From positions 546,096 through 610,095 of the forward strand of contig JBAZJB010000001.1 of NCBI GenBank assembly GCA_041651575.1: a stretch of 64,000 nt of DNA, read 5' to 3'. The DNA is from Candidatus Nanoarchaeia archaeon. GTDB taxonomy: Archaea; Nanobdellota; Nanobdellia; SCGC-AAA011-G17; JAFCDX01. Below the pieces are notes generated by a model. It did no database searches and was not told the origin of the DNA. It saw only the letters and a list, made by a program, of their open reading frames with translations. A program made the position numbers and the translations under genes. This document shows positions 18,636 through 30,000 of this stretch, one piece after another (the first letter of the stretch is position 1; each line of letters begins with the position of its first letter).

Positions 18636-18696
18636 ATAATACTCTTTGAAAAGGAGTATAAAAAGTTTTTTATATACTAAAATTGGACTTATTAAA

Positions 18697-19590
18697 ATGA
18701 AAATCATATTTTTAGGCACTGCAGCAATGCAACCTACAAAGGATAGAAGTTTATTTTCAATTATATTAAATTATAATGAAGAAAGCATTATGATAGATTG
18801 TGGAGAAGGAACTCAAAGGCAAATGAAAATTGCTGGATTAAAACCAACTAAATTAACTAAAATTTTAATTTCACATATGCATGGAGATCACTTATTTGGG
18901 TTACCTGGATTAATGCAATATCTTAGAGCAAATGATTATCAAAAAACTCTTGAAATTTATGGTCCTTCAAAATTAAAAGACTTTTTATCTTGTGTTATTA
19001 AAACAGGAACCATTGAAGAAAATATAAAATATAATATTAATGAAATTAAAGAAGGAATTATTTATTCCGGTAAAGATTTTTCTATAAAAGCCTTGAAATT
19101 AGATCATACTGGAATTTGTTATGGATTCCAATTCATAGAACACGATAAAAGAAAAATAGATTTAAGTTACTTAAAAAAATTTGGATTGAAACAACATCCT
19201 ATTTTAAAAAATTTACAACAAGGAAAAGATATTATTTGGGATGGAAAGAAAATTTCTGCTAATAAAGCAACTAAATTAATTAAAGGTAAAAAAATTGCAT
19301 TTATTTTAGATACAAAACTTTGTAAAAATTGTTATGAATTAGCAAAGGATTCAGATGTTTTAATATCTGAAGCAACTTATCTTGATGAATTAAAAGATAG
19401 AGCAGAATTATACAAACATATGACAGTAAAACAAGTAGCTGAAATAGCTAAAAAAGCAAATATTCAAAAATTAATTTTAACACACTTTTCCCAACGATAT
19501 AAAGATACAAAAGAGCTTGAAAACGAAGCAAAAAAATACTTTAAAAAACAAGTTATTTGTGCAAAAGACTTTTTAGAAATTGAAATTTAA
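18697..19590 (+). CDS. rnz: Ribonuclease Z (tRNA 3'-end processing), metallo-beta-lactamase fold
   Basis: HxHxDH motif (ISHMHGDH), MKIIFLGT start and a C-terminal His; transcribed divergently from endA. Confidence 0.8.
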   Translation: MKIIFLGTAAMQPTKDRSLFSIILNYNEESIMIDCGEGTQRQMKIAGLKPTKLTKILISHMHGDHLFGLPGLMQYLRANDYQKTLEIYGPSKLKDFLSCVIKTGTIEENIKYNINEIKEGIIYSGKDFSIKALKLDHTGICYGFQFIEHDKRKIDLSYLKKFGLKQHPILKNLQQGKDIIWDGKKISANKATKLIKGKKIAFILDTKLCKNCYELAKDSDVLISEATYLDELKDRAELYKHMTVKQVAEIAKKANIQKLILTHFSQRYKDTKELENEAKKYFKKQVICAKDFLEIEI

Positions 19591-19785
19591 TTACTTTTCT
19601 TGTGATTCTTCTATAAGAAATTCTATAACTTTTGGACCTCTTCCATTACCAGAAAGATATTTTACTTGCACTTTATTGTAATTTTCATCTGCTTTTTCAT
19701 CTGGCTCATTTAATAATTCAAAACCTTCTCTCATAGCAATCCCCTTATGAGATTTCAATAAATATAATTCTTGATATAAATCCAT
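19591..19785 (-). CDS. Small hypothetical protein downstream of tfb
   Basis: 64 aa with a 1-nt gap to tfb; no family recognised. Confidence 0.35.
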   Translation of the reverse strand: MDLYQELYLLKSHKGIAMREGFELLNEPDEKADENYNKVQVKYLSGNGRGPKVIEFLIEESQEK

Positions 19786-19786
19786 T

Positions 19787-20707
19787 TTATTTTTCTTCTA
19801 ATTTTTTTTCTTTTAATTTATCTTTTAAATTCAACTCTTTTAATAATTCTTTGTATCTGTTTCTGATTGTAACTTCGGTAACACCTGCAACATCTGCAAC
19901 CTCTCTTTGTGTTCTTTTTTCATTATTCAATAAAGCTGCAACATATAATGCTGCTGCTGCAATTCCAGTAGGACCTCTACCAGAAGTTAATTCTGCTTTT
20001 GTTGCTTTTTGTAATAATTCTACTGCTTTTGATTGTGCATCTGCACTTAATTTCAATGCTGAAACGAATCTTGGTAAATAATCAACAGGATCTGAAGGTA
20101 ATATTCTAATTCCTAATTCTCTTGTAATAAATCTGTAAGTTCTTCCAACTTCTTTCTTTTCTATACCTGAAGCTTCGGATAATTCATCTAATGTTCTTGG
20201 AACTTCATTTCTTCTACATGCAGCATATAATGCTCCTGCAACAACAGATTCCATAGATCTTCCACGAACTAAACCTCTTTGAACAGCCATATGATAAATT
20301 CTTGCTGCTTCTTCGTCAACTGATTTTGGTAATTTTAAGAATGAAGATACTCTTTTTAATTCTGCTAATGCTAATTTTAAATTTCTTTCAATTGCAGTTG
20401 ATACTCTGTATTGCCATTTTCTTAATCTGAAGAATTTATTTCTTTCTTTTCCGCCTAATTGGAATATATCTCCTGTTTGACCAATAGAAGTTCCTAAACC
20501 TTTATCATATTTAGTATAAGTTAAAGCTTGACCTGTTCTACGCCTTGATTCTGCCTTGTCTTCAAATTCACGCCATTCTTGGCCGAAATCAACCATTTTT
20601 TCTTCTATAACAAGACCACAATCACGACAAATAACTTCACCTCTATCTTTCTCTATACTCAAATTATTAGAACCACATTCGGGACATTTTTCAACATAAT
20701 GAGGCAT
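19787..20707 (-). CDS. tfb: Transcription initiation factor IIB (TFB)
   Basis: N-terminal zinc ribbon CPECGS...CRDCG and two cyclin-fold repeats. Confidence 0.9.
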   Translation of the reverse strand: MPHYVEKCPECGSNNLSIEKDRGEVICRDCGLVIEEKMVDFGQEWREFEDKAESRRRTGQALTYTKYDKGLGTSIGQTGDIFQLGGKERNKFFRLRKWQYRVSTAIERNLKLALAELKRVSSFLKLPKSVDEEAARIYHMAVQRGLVRGRSMESVVAGALYAACRRNEVPRTLDELSEASGIEKKEVGRTYRFITRELGIRILPSDPVDYLPRFVSALKLSADAQSKAVELLQKATKAELTSGRGPTGIAAAALYVAALLNNEKRTQREVADVAGVTEVTIRNRYKELLKELNLKDKLKEKKLEEK

Positions 20708-20945
20708 TTTTAGTTACCATCCTGCAATGCTATAACAAGATTTATAAATAGTGTCTAAATCGCATATATAAACGTTTTCATTTATCTTTTAAAAGCTTCT
20801 AATGCCCACTAAATAGGTTTAAAATTTTAAAATTATTAGTTTTAGTTTCATTCTAACATAAATATTGCAGAATATAGGTTTTTAGTATTTTTATTGAAAT
20901 CGAAGTCTAAGAAAGATTTAAATCTCAAATCAGTTTATTATTTAT

Positions 20946-21203
20946 ATGCAAAAAAATTATTTAATTGTTTTAATTATTTTTTTATTATTGTTAGCTATAT
21001 TTTTCTTCCCAAAACCTTGTAAAGAAGGGTTTGTGCAAGAAGATGCTATTCAAAAAGATTGTAAATGTTTAGGTATAAAACATGCTTTCTCCTCCATAAA
21101 TAAATGGGCATGTTCAGGATGTGGTTGGAAAACTTATTGTTTAGGAATACCTTATTCTTATTCTTGTGAAAGTATGAGTAAAGGTATAGTTCCTTGTAAT
21201 TAA
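20946..21203 (+). CDS. Small secreted Cys-rich protein
   Basis: Signal peptide plus 10 Cys in 85 aa. Confidence 0.35.
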   Translation: MQKNYLIVLIIFLLLLAIFFFPKPCKEGFVQEDAIQKDCKCLGIKHAFSSINKWACSGCGWKTYCLGIPYSYSCESMSKGIVPCN

Positions 21204-21691
21204 AAATTAATTATCCCTAATGCAGGCAATATTCCACCGAAAATTAAAATTAGTAAAACCATTGTATCTCTTATTGTTCTATCTGGTTTTCTTATTTCTA
21301 AATGGAAAAATGCAGTATACAATTCGTAAGCAAGATATAAACTAAAAAAAGCAAGTCCTATTGGAAGAGAAATATATCTTACTGTTAATAATCCTAAAGT
21401 ATTATATAAAAAAGCTAGAGCAACTCCAGAAGAAATTTTATTTAAAGTATAATATTTTCTTAAACTTTCAAAATCTACTATTTTTGATTGCGAAACTAAA
21501 GCTGCTATCCAAAAAGGTATTGATAAAACTAATTGACCTGCAATTAAATTTGATTCTAATAATTCAGATTTTACAGTAAGCATTAAAATAAAAATAGTAA
21601 TAGTTACTCCTAAAAATCTAGCATCAACAGTAACATATTGAGGAGAACGTTTTAATCTCTGAATTTCCTCTCTCCTATCCTCTTTTTTCAT
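21200..21691 (-). CDS. Membrane protein, unknown function
   Basis: 163 aa, 4 TM helices. Confidence 0.45.
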   Translation of the reverse strand: MKKEDRREEIQRLKRSPQYVTVDARFLGVTITIFILMLTVKSELLESNLIAGQLVLSIPFWIAALVSQSKIVDFESLRKYYTLNKISSGVALAFLYNTLGLLTVRYISLPIGLAFFSLYLAYELYTAFFHLEIRKPDRTIRDTMVLLILIFGGILPALGIINF

Positions 21692-21725
21692 AAATTTAAT
21701 AAGGTTATAGAATTTAAAAAGTTTG

Positions 21726-22103
21726 TTATATCAAAACTGCGTTTAAAGTTCCTTCTTGCCCAGGTCTTGAAGTTACTTTTGCTTTTCCTAATTCAGTATC
21801 AATTATAGCTCCTTTTGTCATAATGTTTCTTCTAACATAATGTCTATTTGCAGGATTTTCTACAATGGTTTTTATTTTTACAACTTTAGATTTTTTTGTT
21901 TTTGGATTAAATACATTTGCTACATTTGCAGTTAACATTTTTTGTTTTTGACAACCACTTCTTGCTCTTACTGATTTTTTCTTAGTTTCTTGTAAAGAAG
22001 TTAGAATAGGATTTCCTGCTAATTCAGAAATTTTTTTCTTTCTAAAATTAATATATTTTCCACTAGTTATTTTCCTTTTTGCTCTTAAATGCGATCTTAC
22101 CAT
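21726..22103 (-). CDS. rps8e: 30S ribosomal protein S8e
   Basis: Basic N-terminus MVRSHLRAKRKITSG and C-terminal ...TKGAIIDT typical of eS8. Confidence 0.8.
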   Translation of the reverse strand: MVRSHLRAKRKITSGKYINFRKKKISELAGNPILTSLQETKKKSVRARSGCQKQKMLTANVANVFNPKTKKSKVVKIKTIVENPANRHYVRRNIMTKGAIIDTELGKAKVTSRPGQEGTLNAVLI

Positions 22104-22201
22104 AGAAAAAATGGAGTATTTTCATTTAAAAATCTTTTCCTTTTCAAAAACCGAATAGTTTAAATACTATAAATTAAACAAAATTCTAGGGGGTTTTAAA
22201 T

Positions 22202-22429
22202 ATGCCTGAATCTGAAAGACCTTTAGATGCATTGAATAATGCAAGAAACAAGAAAATAATTGTAGAACTAAAAAATGGTAAACAATTAATAGGAAAGCTA
22301 AAAGCTTTTGATATTCATATTAATGTTGTTCTAGACGATACAGAAGAACGTGAAGCTGGAGAAATAAAAAGGAAGCTTGGAACAACTTTTGTAAGAGGAG
22401 ATACAATAATACTTATTTCACCACAATAA
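22202..22429 (+). CDS. Sm-like archaeal protein (SmAP/LSm)
   Basis: Sm1/Sm2 motifs (IIVELKNGKQLIGKLKAFDIHINVVLDD...FVRGDTIILI). Confidence 0.85.
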   Translation: MPESERPLDALNNARNKKIIVELKNGKQLIGKLKAFDIHINVVLDDTEEREAGEIKRKLGTTFVRGDTIILISPQ

Positions 22430-22442
22430 GTGAGGATTTAAA

Positions 22443-22640
22443 ATGGGAACTGGAACTCCTTCTATGGGTAGAAAATCTGGTAAAAGAAGATTAGTTACTA
22501 GATGCAGACGTTGTGGAAAAAGATCTTATCATGTTAGACATAAGAAATGTTCTTCTTGTGGTTTTGGTAGATCAGCTAAATTAAGAGGCTATAATTGGCA
22601 AAAACCAAATAAAAAGTATATAAAAAAAAGAGCTAAATAA
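22443..22640 (+). CDS. rpl37e: 50S ribosomal protein L37e
   Basis: C4 zinc ribbon [11 protein letters not shown]...CSSCG; conserved Sm-L37e pairing. Confidence 0.85.
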   Translation: MGTGTPSMGRKSGKRRLVTRCRRCGKRSYHVRHKKCSSCGFGRSAKLRGYNWQKPNKKYIKKRAK

Positions 22641-22680
22641 TTCAAAACCTTTTTAAAATAGATTTCTTTTATATTTGTAT

Positions 22681-22762
22681 GCGGGAATGCCGGAGCGGTC
22701 AAACGGGCTAGGTTTAGGCCCTAGTGCTTAGTGCTACGCAGGTTCGAGTCCTGTTTCCCGCA
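22681..22762 (+). tRNA. tRNA-Leu (anticodon TAG), type II with long variable arm
   Basis: Perfect 7-bp acceptor GCGGGAA/TTCCCGC, anticodon stem CTAGG/CCTAG with loop TTTAGGC, 13-nt variable arm, T-loop TTCGAGT. Confidence 0.75.
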
Positions 22763-22812
22763 CTTATTTTTCAATAGAAAAATTTATATACTATAACCAA
22801 CTATAGTTTGAT

Positions 22813-23031
22813 ATGGCAACAACAATTCAAATAACAGAAAATCTTCAAGGAGAACTAAACAAAAAAAAGATTTTTGATAGAGAAACTTATGAAGAAGTTA
22901 TATGGGATTTAATAGAAGATACTAAAGAACTTTCTGAAGAGACAAAAAAAGAACTTGCTCAATCTCGTGAAGAAATTAAAAAAGGAAAAATTCATACTCT
23001 TGAACAAGTTAAAAAAGAGTTAAGATTATAA
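22813..23031 (+). CDS. Putative antitoxin of a type II toxin-antitoxin pair
   Basis: 72-aa acidic protein; its stop overlaps the start of the downstream RelE/ParE toxin (TAATG). Confidence 0.5.
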   Translation: MATTIQITENLQGELNKKKIFDRETYEEVIWDLIEDTKELSEETKKELAQSREEIKKGKIHTLEQVKKELRL

Positions 23032-23279
23032 TGTATGAAATAATATTTTCAGATACTGCTAAAAAACAGCTTGAAAAATTAGAAAAGAGCGTTCAAGAAA
23101 GAATAATTAAAGCACTTGAAAGAATTAAAATACGCCCAGAATCATATATCACCAAACTTATAGGAGATCCTGGATATAAATTTCGTGTTGGAGATTATCG
23201 TTTAATTTTAGATGTGAATAGAGATAAACTACAAATTCTTGTAATTAAAGTCGGTCATCGTAAAAATGTTTATAATTAA
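23031..23279 (+). CDS. RelE/ParE-family toxin
   Basis: C-terminal motif FRVGDYRLILDVNRDKLQILVIKVGHRKNVY, the hallmark of RelE/ParE. Confidence 0.8.
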   Translation: MYEIIFSDTAKKQLEKLEKSVQERIIKALERIKIRPESYITKLIGDPGYKFRVGDYRLILDVNRDKLQILVIKVGHRKNVYN

Positions 23280-24007
23280 TTAAGAATTGCTTTAAATTTC
23301 ATTTCTATTAAAATAATTAAAGAAATTATAATTATTAATACTAAAAAAGAGATTAAGATTGGAACTATTAAAAAAGCCAGAGTATAAATTCCTAAGAAGA
23401 AACAAGCAGTTAGATAAGATATTATTAAAAGAATTAAAACAAAATATAATAAAATTAATTTCCAATTTTTTGCTGATTTTAATATATTTTTAATAGAATT
23501 TATATTTAGATAAGATAATAATAAGAAATATGGAAGTATTAATAATATAATTAAATATATTATTGAAAAAATTAATGAAAATTCTGATAATTGGTTAAAT
23601 AACTTTGATAGTATAAAAATTATTATTAAATAAAAAGGAATTGTTATTATTGAAAATCTTAATAGATATTTTTTAAAATTCTTTTCTTTTGAAAGAGTAT
23701 AAAAATTATAGGATTGGAATATACACCAAATTATAAAAAAAGATAAAGGTATGAATATATACCAAAAATATACCATATTTGATATCATTGAATTTAAATC
23801 TGTTAATTGGGTATTTGCTGCTGCTATATTAGAAGTTATATTTTCTTGTAAAGATTGTTGTATATTTTGTATTTGGTAAGAAACTAAAGTTAATTTTTGA
23901 ATATAAGAGGACATTTGTTTTTTTATAAATAAAGAAATTGAGATTAAAAATACTGTAAAAAGTATGTTAATTGTGAATAGTTTTTTGAATTTAGTTTTTT
24001 TAATCAT
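23276..24007 (-). CDS. Polytopic membrane protein, last gene of the giant-protein operon
   Basis: 243 aa with 6-7 TM helices; 4-nt overlap with the upstream giant gene. Confidence 0.5.
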   Translation of the reverse strand: MIKKTKFKKLFTINILFTVFLISISLFIKKQMSSYIQKLTLVSYQIQNIQQSLQENITSNIAAANTQLTDLNSMISNMVYFWYIFIPLSFFIIWCIFQSYNFYTLSKEKNFKKYLLRFSIITIPFYLIIIFILSKLFNQLSEFSLIFSIIYLIILLILPYFLLLSYLNINSIKNILKSAKNWKLILLYFVLILLIISYLTACFFLGIYTLAFLIVPILISFLVLIIIISLIILIEMKFKAILN

Positions 24008-27000
24008 TTTATTAAGGCATTATATGCTCCGATAATTAACCACTTATCTATATCTTTTTTTTCTGTTACTCCAGTTAATGTATTATCTTGTTTTGCAAAA
24101 TTTTTTCTAGTAGTATCATCTCCTTCTTTTTCTATTTGAATAATTCTACAATGTTCATCAGCATTACACATTTTTACTATTTGAGTTATACCATTTTTAA
24201 AATCTTTTGTAAAGGTTATTCTTTTACTATTACCTAAAAATATCCACCCTTGATTTGTATTATAAGTATAACTTTCTAAAACAGTATTTTCAAATGTTCT
24301 AATCAAAATGTTTATTCCTTTCAAAGCAATAGTATTACATCTATTGTCCCTCCAAGTACATTTTTCTTTACATTTAGAGATGCATTCAGATTTTGATAAA
24401 CTATAACAAACATCACATTGATCTAGTGGAGTAATAGGCTTGCATTTATTATTTTCCAAAATACAAGTTTTATCACATTGCATACAAAGAAGTTTAGTTT
24501 CTTCTAAATTATTTAAATCATTAAAACTTTCACACTTTCCACCACAATCACTACAAAAGAAATTATAACTTCCGAAGACACTATAAGTAGCATAGCAATC
24601 TGATCCCTTTTTTTCATTGTTACATTCTTCTTTATCACAAGTGTTTAAAGCACCATTTCCACAATCTGAACATTTAGAAATTAATCCCGGAAGTGTAGTT
24701 GATGCTAAATACTTTACTTCTATGGTGGCGGTATTATCTGTTAATCCTTTTAAATTTAATTGCACTCTTTTATTATATTCCTTACAATATACCTCCACAG
24801 GGGTATCTTTATATAATATTTCTCTTACACTTATACCGGTGAAACAAGTTTTTGGTAAAATTATGCTAGCCGTAGTTGGAATAGGTTCTCCTACTCTTTT
24901 TATTTCTTCAACTATTTCTTGCTCACTATCAGATATTACTGAAAGTTTTCTTTCTTTTGCGGTTGTTGTTCCTATACTCTCTAATTTTATCCAAAATTCT
25001 GGAAAATCTTTTAATATTCCTTTTTGCATTTCTCCTTCTTTAATTGTTATTTTTTGTGTATTTGATAAAACAGTTTGTGTAGCAGGATTATTACATGTAT
25101 TTACCTTCCAAATACAAGGGAATAGACAAGCAGCAGGATCAAAAACTTTTGTACAATCGCTCTCTGTTGTTTCACTTCCTCCTCCACCCTTATTATTTAC
25201 ATTTATGGTTTCTTCCACACATTTCTTCTCTACACATCTAAACCCTTTAAGACATTCGTTAACATTATCTCCGCATTCAACTCTTTCAATAGATGTTTTA
25301 ATTGTATCTCCAAGCAACATATAAATTTCTCCAACTCTTATTTGAGACCATATTTTTATAGAAGTATCTAAAGAATATTGTGATAATTCTACATAATTTA
25401 TTACTGCTTCATTATTTGAAGGAATATCTTTTTCTGTTTTTTCTTTATTAAAACCTTTAAAATCATTTCCAGATAATAAACCAATCAAAATTTCTTTTTT
25501 GCTTTCTAAATTTTTATTTTCTTTAGCAAGACTTAATTTAGATTCTAATTCTGCAAAATAAGCTTTACTTTTTTGTACATCAAATAAACCCGCTAAAATT
25601 TCATTATATTTTGCTGTTCCTTCATCCATTTGTTTCTTATTCAAAGCAAAGGCATTCATTACATCCTCTCTTTTTTCTTTATTTTTTATATCAATTGTCT
25701 TTGTATTTATCCAACAAATACCTAAATCATTTCCAGATTTATCTTTTCCACAAGTACTTCCTGCAATTGGACTCCAATCATTTGCATTGGTTCCAGAACC
25801 AGGATTTATAGTAGAACAAGTTCTTACAATTCCAGTACTTATTGCACCATATTCTTCTGGTAAAACTACACTTCCCAAACTCGTACTTAAGGTAGGAGAA
25901 TCAGGAACACATTGTTTTTGAGAAGTTATTTTTCTAGCTGCTTCGTTTTGTACAATCTCATCATTTAATGCATTCAAAGCATAATTGGTAGTTACTTTTC
26001 CAAATCCACATTCTGTACTTCCACTTATAGAAACACAAATTTTAGTCATTCCAGGTTTATCAAATACTTTATTATTTTTATCAGCATATTTTCCATATTC
26101 AATTATTTCATAAGCAGATCCTCTCTGTTCTGAAGTTACTGGTATAGAATATCCTTGATCATCCACCAAATAAACAGCATATTTTACTCCTTTTGAATTT
26201 ACTCCTGTTCTTAATGCTTCAGGAATACTTCCTGCATATATGTGGAAATAAACATTATACAAAGACATTTCTTGTAAATTTCCTAGTTTATTTGTTCCAG
26301 TTGAAGGAATATTTCCTGCTTCTGTTATATAAGGAGATTCATCAAATTCAGCATAAAATTGTGGAGGATTTTCTGGCTCAGAAATTTGATCTAATAAACT
26401 TCCTACTTCGGCAAACTTTCCAAATATTGCAGCCTTACAAATTTTTGTACCAAATTCTTGTGTGCTCATTGCATTATAAGCACTAAATGCACTTGAGGCA
26501 TATTCTTTTGTAAAGTAATTAACCATATTAGAGGTTGTTTCCATATTTGTAGTAAAGTCTAAATATTCAGAACCTCCAGAATTTATTCCAAACATTTTTT
26601 CTGAAATAAAGTTTATCAATCCTCCCTGCATATTAAAAGTATTAATTATTTCTTTCCATAATAATTCACATATTCCTAAGGATCTTATTTTATCACAAAT
26701 TCCGATATTTTCATGATTTATTTTTGAAGTATGTAGACATTGAACAAATCCTTCTAACAAAGACCTTATACTTTTTAATCCAGCAGAAATTCCAGGCAAG
26801 CAAATAGGTAAAGGGGTTTCTGGATAATTTGGCATTCCTAAAACCAATGAACCAATAATTCCTGTTTCTACAACACTTCCAGAAACTTCATAATTGCCTC
26901 CTAAATTAAATCTTGAATTAGGACACATTACAGGATCACAAACTGCAAACAAAGTCTTACAATCATCTGGATCCATAAAATCTTGACAATTTGCATTTGT

Positions 27001-30000
27001 ACTTGATTGTGCTAATTTATATCCTTGCATACTACACAAGAAAGGTCTATTTGTATTTGGATTTAAAGAACCCATTAAAGAACCTCCTTCTGTACAAGTA
27101 CTTGATTTATATTTTGCTACCAAGTTTTGACACAATCCCTTTGTATCTTCTCTGGTATTGATTACATCTTTTCCTGCAATTAATCTATCTTCTCCAGAAC
27201 AAAGTAATCCATCTGCTCCAACATTCCAATATTCACAATCATTAGGAGTTCCATATTCATACCAACTTAATATTTTTACAAAATTACCATTAGAACCTGT
27301 TGGAAGACAGAAAGGTTTTCCTTTTTCTATAAATTCTGCTTTTGCATTTTGAGCATATTTATCATTTAATCCAGAATCAGCCGATTTTAATGATTGAAGT
27401 GCAATTATATATTTATCATCCTTAGTAGTATCTTTATAAACATTATATCCTTGGAATTTCCATTCAGAGTCTAAACATGTTTTTTTAGTTGATTCAGAAG
27501 AACATATTATATTTTTAACATTTTCCGGTGCATCACTTACCTTAAGTAATTTATAAGTTCCAGAATCTGTTATTGTTACTTTTCCAGTAGTGGAATCTAT
27601 ATTTGTAGAATAAGTAGTTGCGGTAATTCCAGTCTCAATATTAGTTTCAGATACTAAAGGTTCTATTTTTACATTTTTAGCATCTATCCCGAATTCGTTA
27701 TTAAATTGATTAATATATCTCTTTTCATCCTCAGGACTGATTTTAGCATTTGTATCTAAAACTCCCAATGCCAGGTTGTATAAATATTGGAATCTGCTAG
27801 TTGCTTCTGTTTTTTTATTTGCAGATAATTCATTAAAATTTGTTGTTCCTATATTAGATTTCTCATATGCTGCATCATATGCATTTAATTTATTTTTAAT
27901 AGAATTTTTTGCATCATCACATTTATCTTCTCTATATTCATCTATTCCTAAATTTTCATTTTTCATATCCACACAATAAAATTGATAATCTAAAAATTGA
28001 GCTTTATCAACAGGATTTGCTATTAAAGCATTTTTATTTAATTCTGCTGCATTTTCAATTATTTTTTTATTTTCATCATTATCATAAAGGTCAATTCCAC
28101 TTAAACAAGAATTATCTTTTGAAGTAAGGCAATCATTTCTTTTACCTACCAAACCTTCTGCAACATTTAATGTAGATTCAATTTCATCAGCTTTATCAGT
28201 AAGACATTGACTCATTGTTTTTTTCTCAGGACTGCTTAAAATTTCTTTCTTACATTCATCATTATACATCGGCATTACTTCTTTTCTTGCTAAGGCTCTA
28301 TCTGCTGCACCTGCAGTAAAAGCATTTTTAACAATTAATAAACCATAAGTAACCATACATACATTCTTCCAAACTTTTATTATATCATCAAGTTGTTTTA
28401 TAAATTTACTAAGTTGGTCTATTTGTTTTTGAGTTGCATTTATCATTTTATCAATCTGTTCTGGAGTCCATTCTATCATTCTTTTATCTACACCTAAATG
28501 AACTTGGAAATTTGAAGTAGAATATGCTTCTCCTGTTCCAGGATAAACTGTAACATATGCTCTTTTCTTTGAATTTATTTTTTTAAGAGAAATATCCACT
28601 ATAGAATTTTGTACTGGTTTTCCATCGGTCCCTATATCTTTATAAATTGTAGTTGCTTTTCCAGGATTAATATATACTGTTTGTTCAGAAACCTCTGAGG
28701 TTACACCTAAGGTGGATTTTGTCTGACGTTTTCTGGATAAATAAACTGTATTACTATCTATTTTATCTATATACCAAATTAATTTCTCTCCTACAGAATT
28801 AAATTGATAACTTGTTCCATCAAGTATAGATATAGGTTCTCCTTCTCTATAAATACCTGATACTCCTCCAATAGTTAATTCTGCAGTAGATTTATCTGCT
28901 TCAGCCACAGGAATTATATCTACTAAACTGACAAATGCTCCTTCATCTTCTAAATAAACCATCTCTGATTTTGAATTTGTATAAAGATCATTTTTTAATT
29001 GGGCTATTTTTGTTGTAATTTCATTTGTCTGTTCTGCATGGCCATAATAATAAATTGCTATTTTTTTTGCATTAAATGAATCTGTATTTACAGGAAGTAT
29101 ATCTGACAATCTTTCATAATTTTGTCCAATTAAATCATAAGCATAATAAGTATATTTTTGATTATCTCCTGCATCTTTTATTGAGTCTTTTAATTTTTGT
29201 ATAGAAGTACAATATAATTTCATTGCATTATCATTATCATTTTTATCGTTATTACTTTTAACTAAATCATTTAAAGTTGGAGTTTCTTGTAATATATTTT
29301 TATCACAAAGATTATTTTCTATTCCTTCAACTTGAACTTTATCAGATAAAATAAGAGTTTCTGTCTCTCCTGTAGCTTTATCATTATATGTTCTATATAA
29401 AATTTTTATATCTCCATAAGAATTTCTTATTATTACTTGTTGAGTTGTTAATTTTTGAGCACTTCCTGCAGATACACATTTTCCACTATAACACGTTAAT
29501 CCACTTGGACAATTAGCATCAGTCTTACAACTTATTTCAGTAGTATCATTAGAAATTGAATCTATTATCCAATTTGAACCAGAATAAATTTTCATTCCTC
29601 TTGCAATTGTTTTTGTAGTTTGTTCTCCATTAACTGTAACTTTTAGCTGAGCAGTATCTTCTGGTTCACTTACTTCATTTAATTTTAAAGTAAACCTATC
29701 ATTAAAAAATGAAGAAGAACCAGGTAAAGACATTGTTCTTGAATCTCCTTTGGTTAAAACAACAATTCCTCTTCTTTCTAATTCACTTGCGTCTCCAATT
29801 CCCAATAATCCAAAACCAGAACCATAAACTTGTATATAGGCCCTATTCCCTTCAATTTTAGTAACTCTCAAATAACCTTTTCCATTCCAAAAAGAATTTG
29901 AAATAGAATCTGTTTTTTTCCAATCCTCTTCAACAGAAGATTCTTTTAAAATTAAATCCTGTGCAGATACATCTCCAAAACCTCTATTAAAATCAAAATA

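Noticed and set aside
24617-28127. Several 60-235-aa plus-strand ORFs (24617-25324, 25611-25811, 26193-26486, 27158-27352, 27776-27979, 27909-28127) inside the giant gene
   Set aside because: All antisense to a single uninterrupted 6.5-kb minus-strand ORF; hydrophobic or low-complexity products; shadow ORFs.
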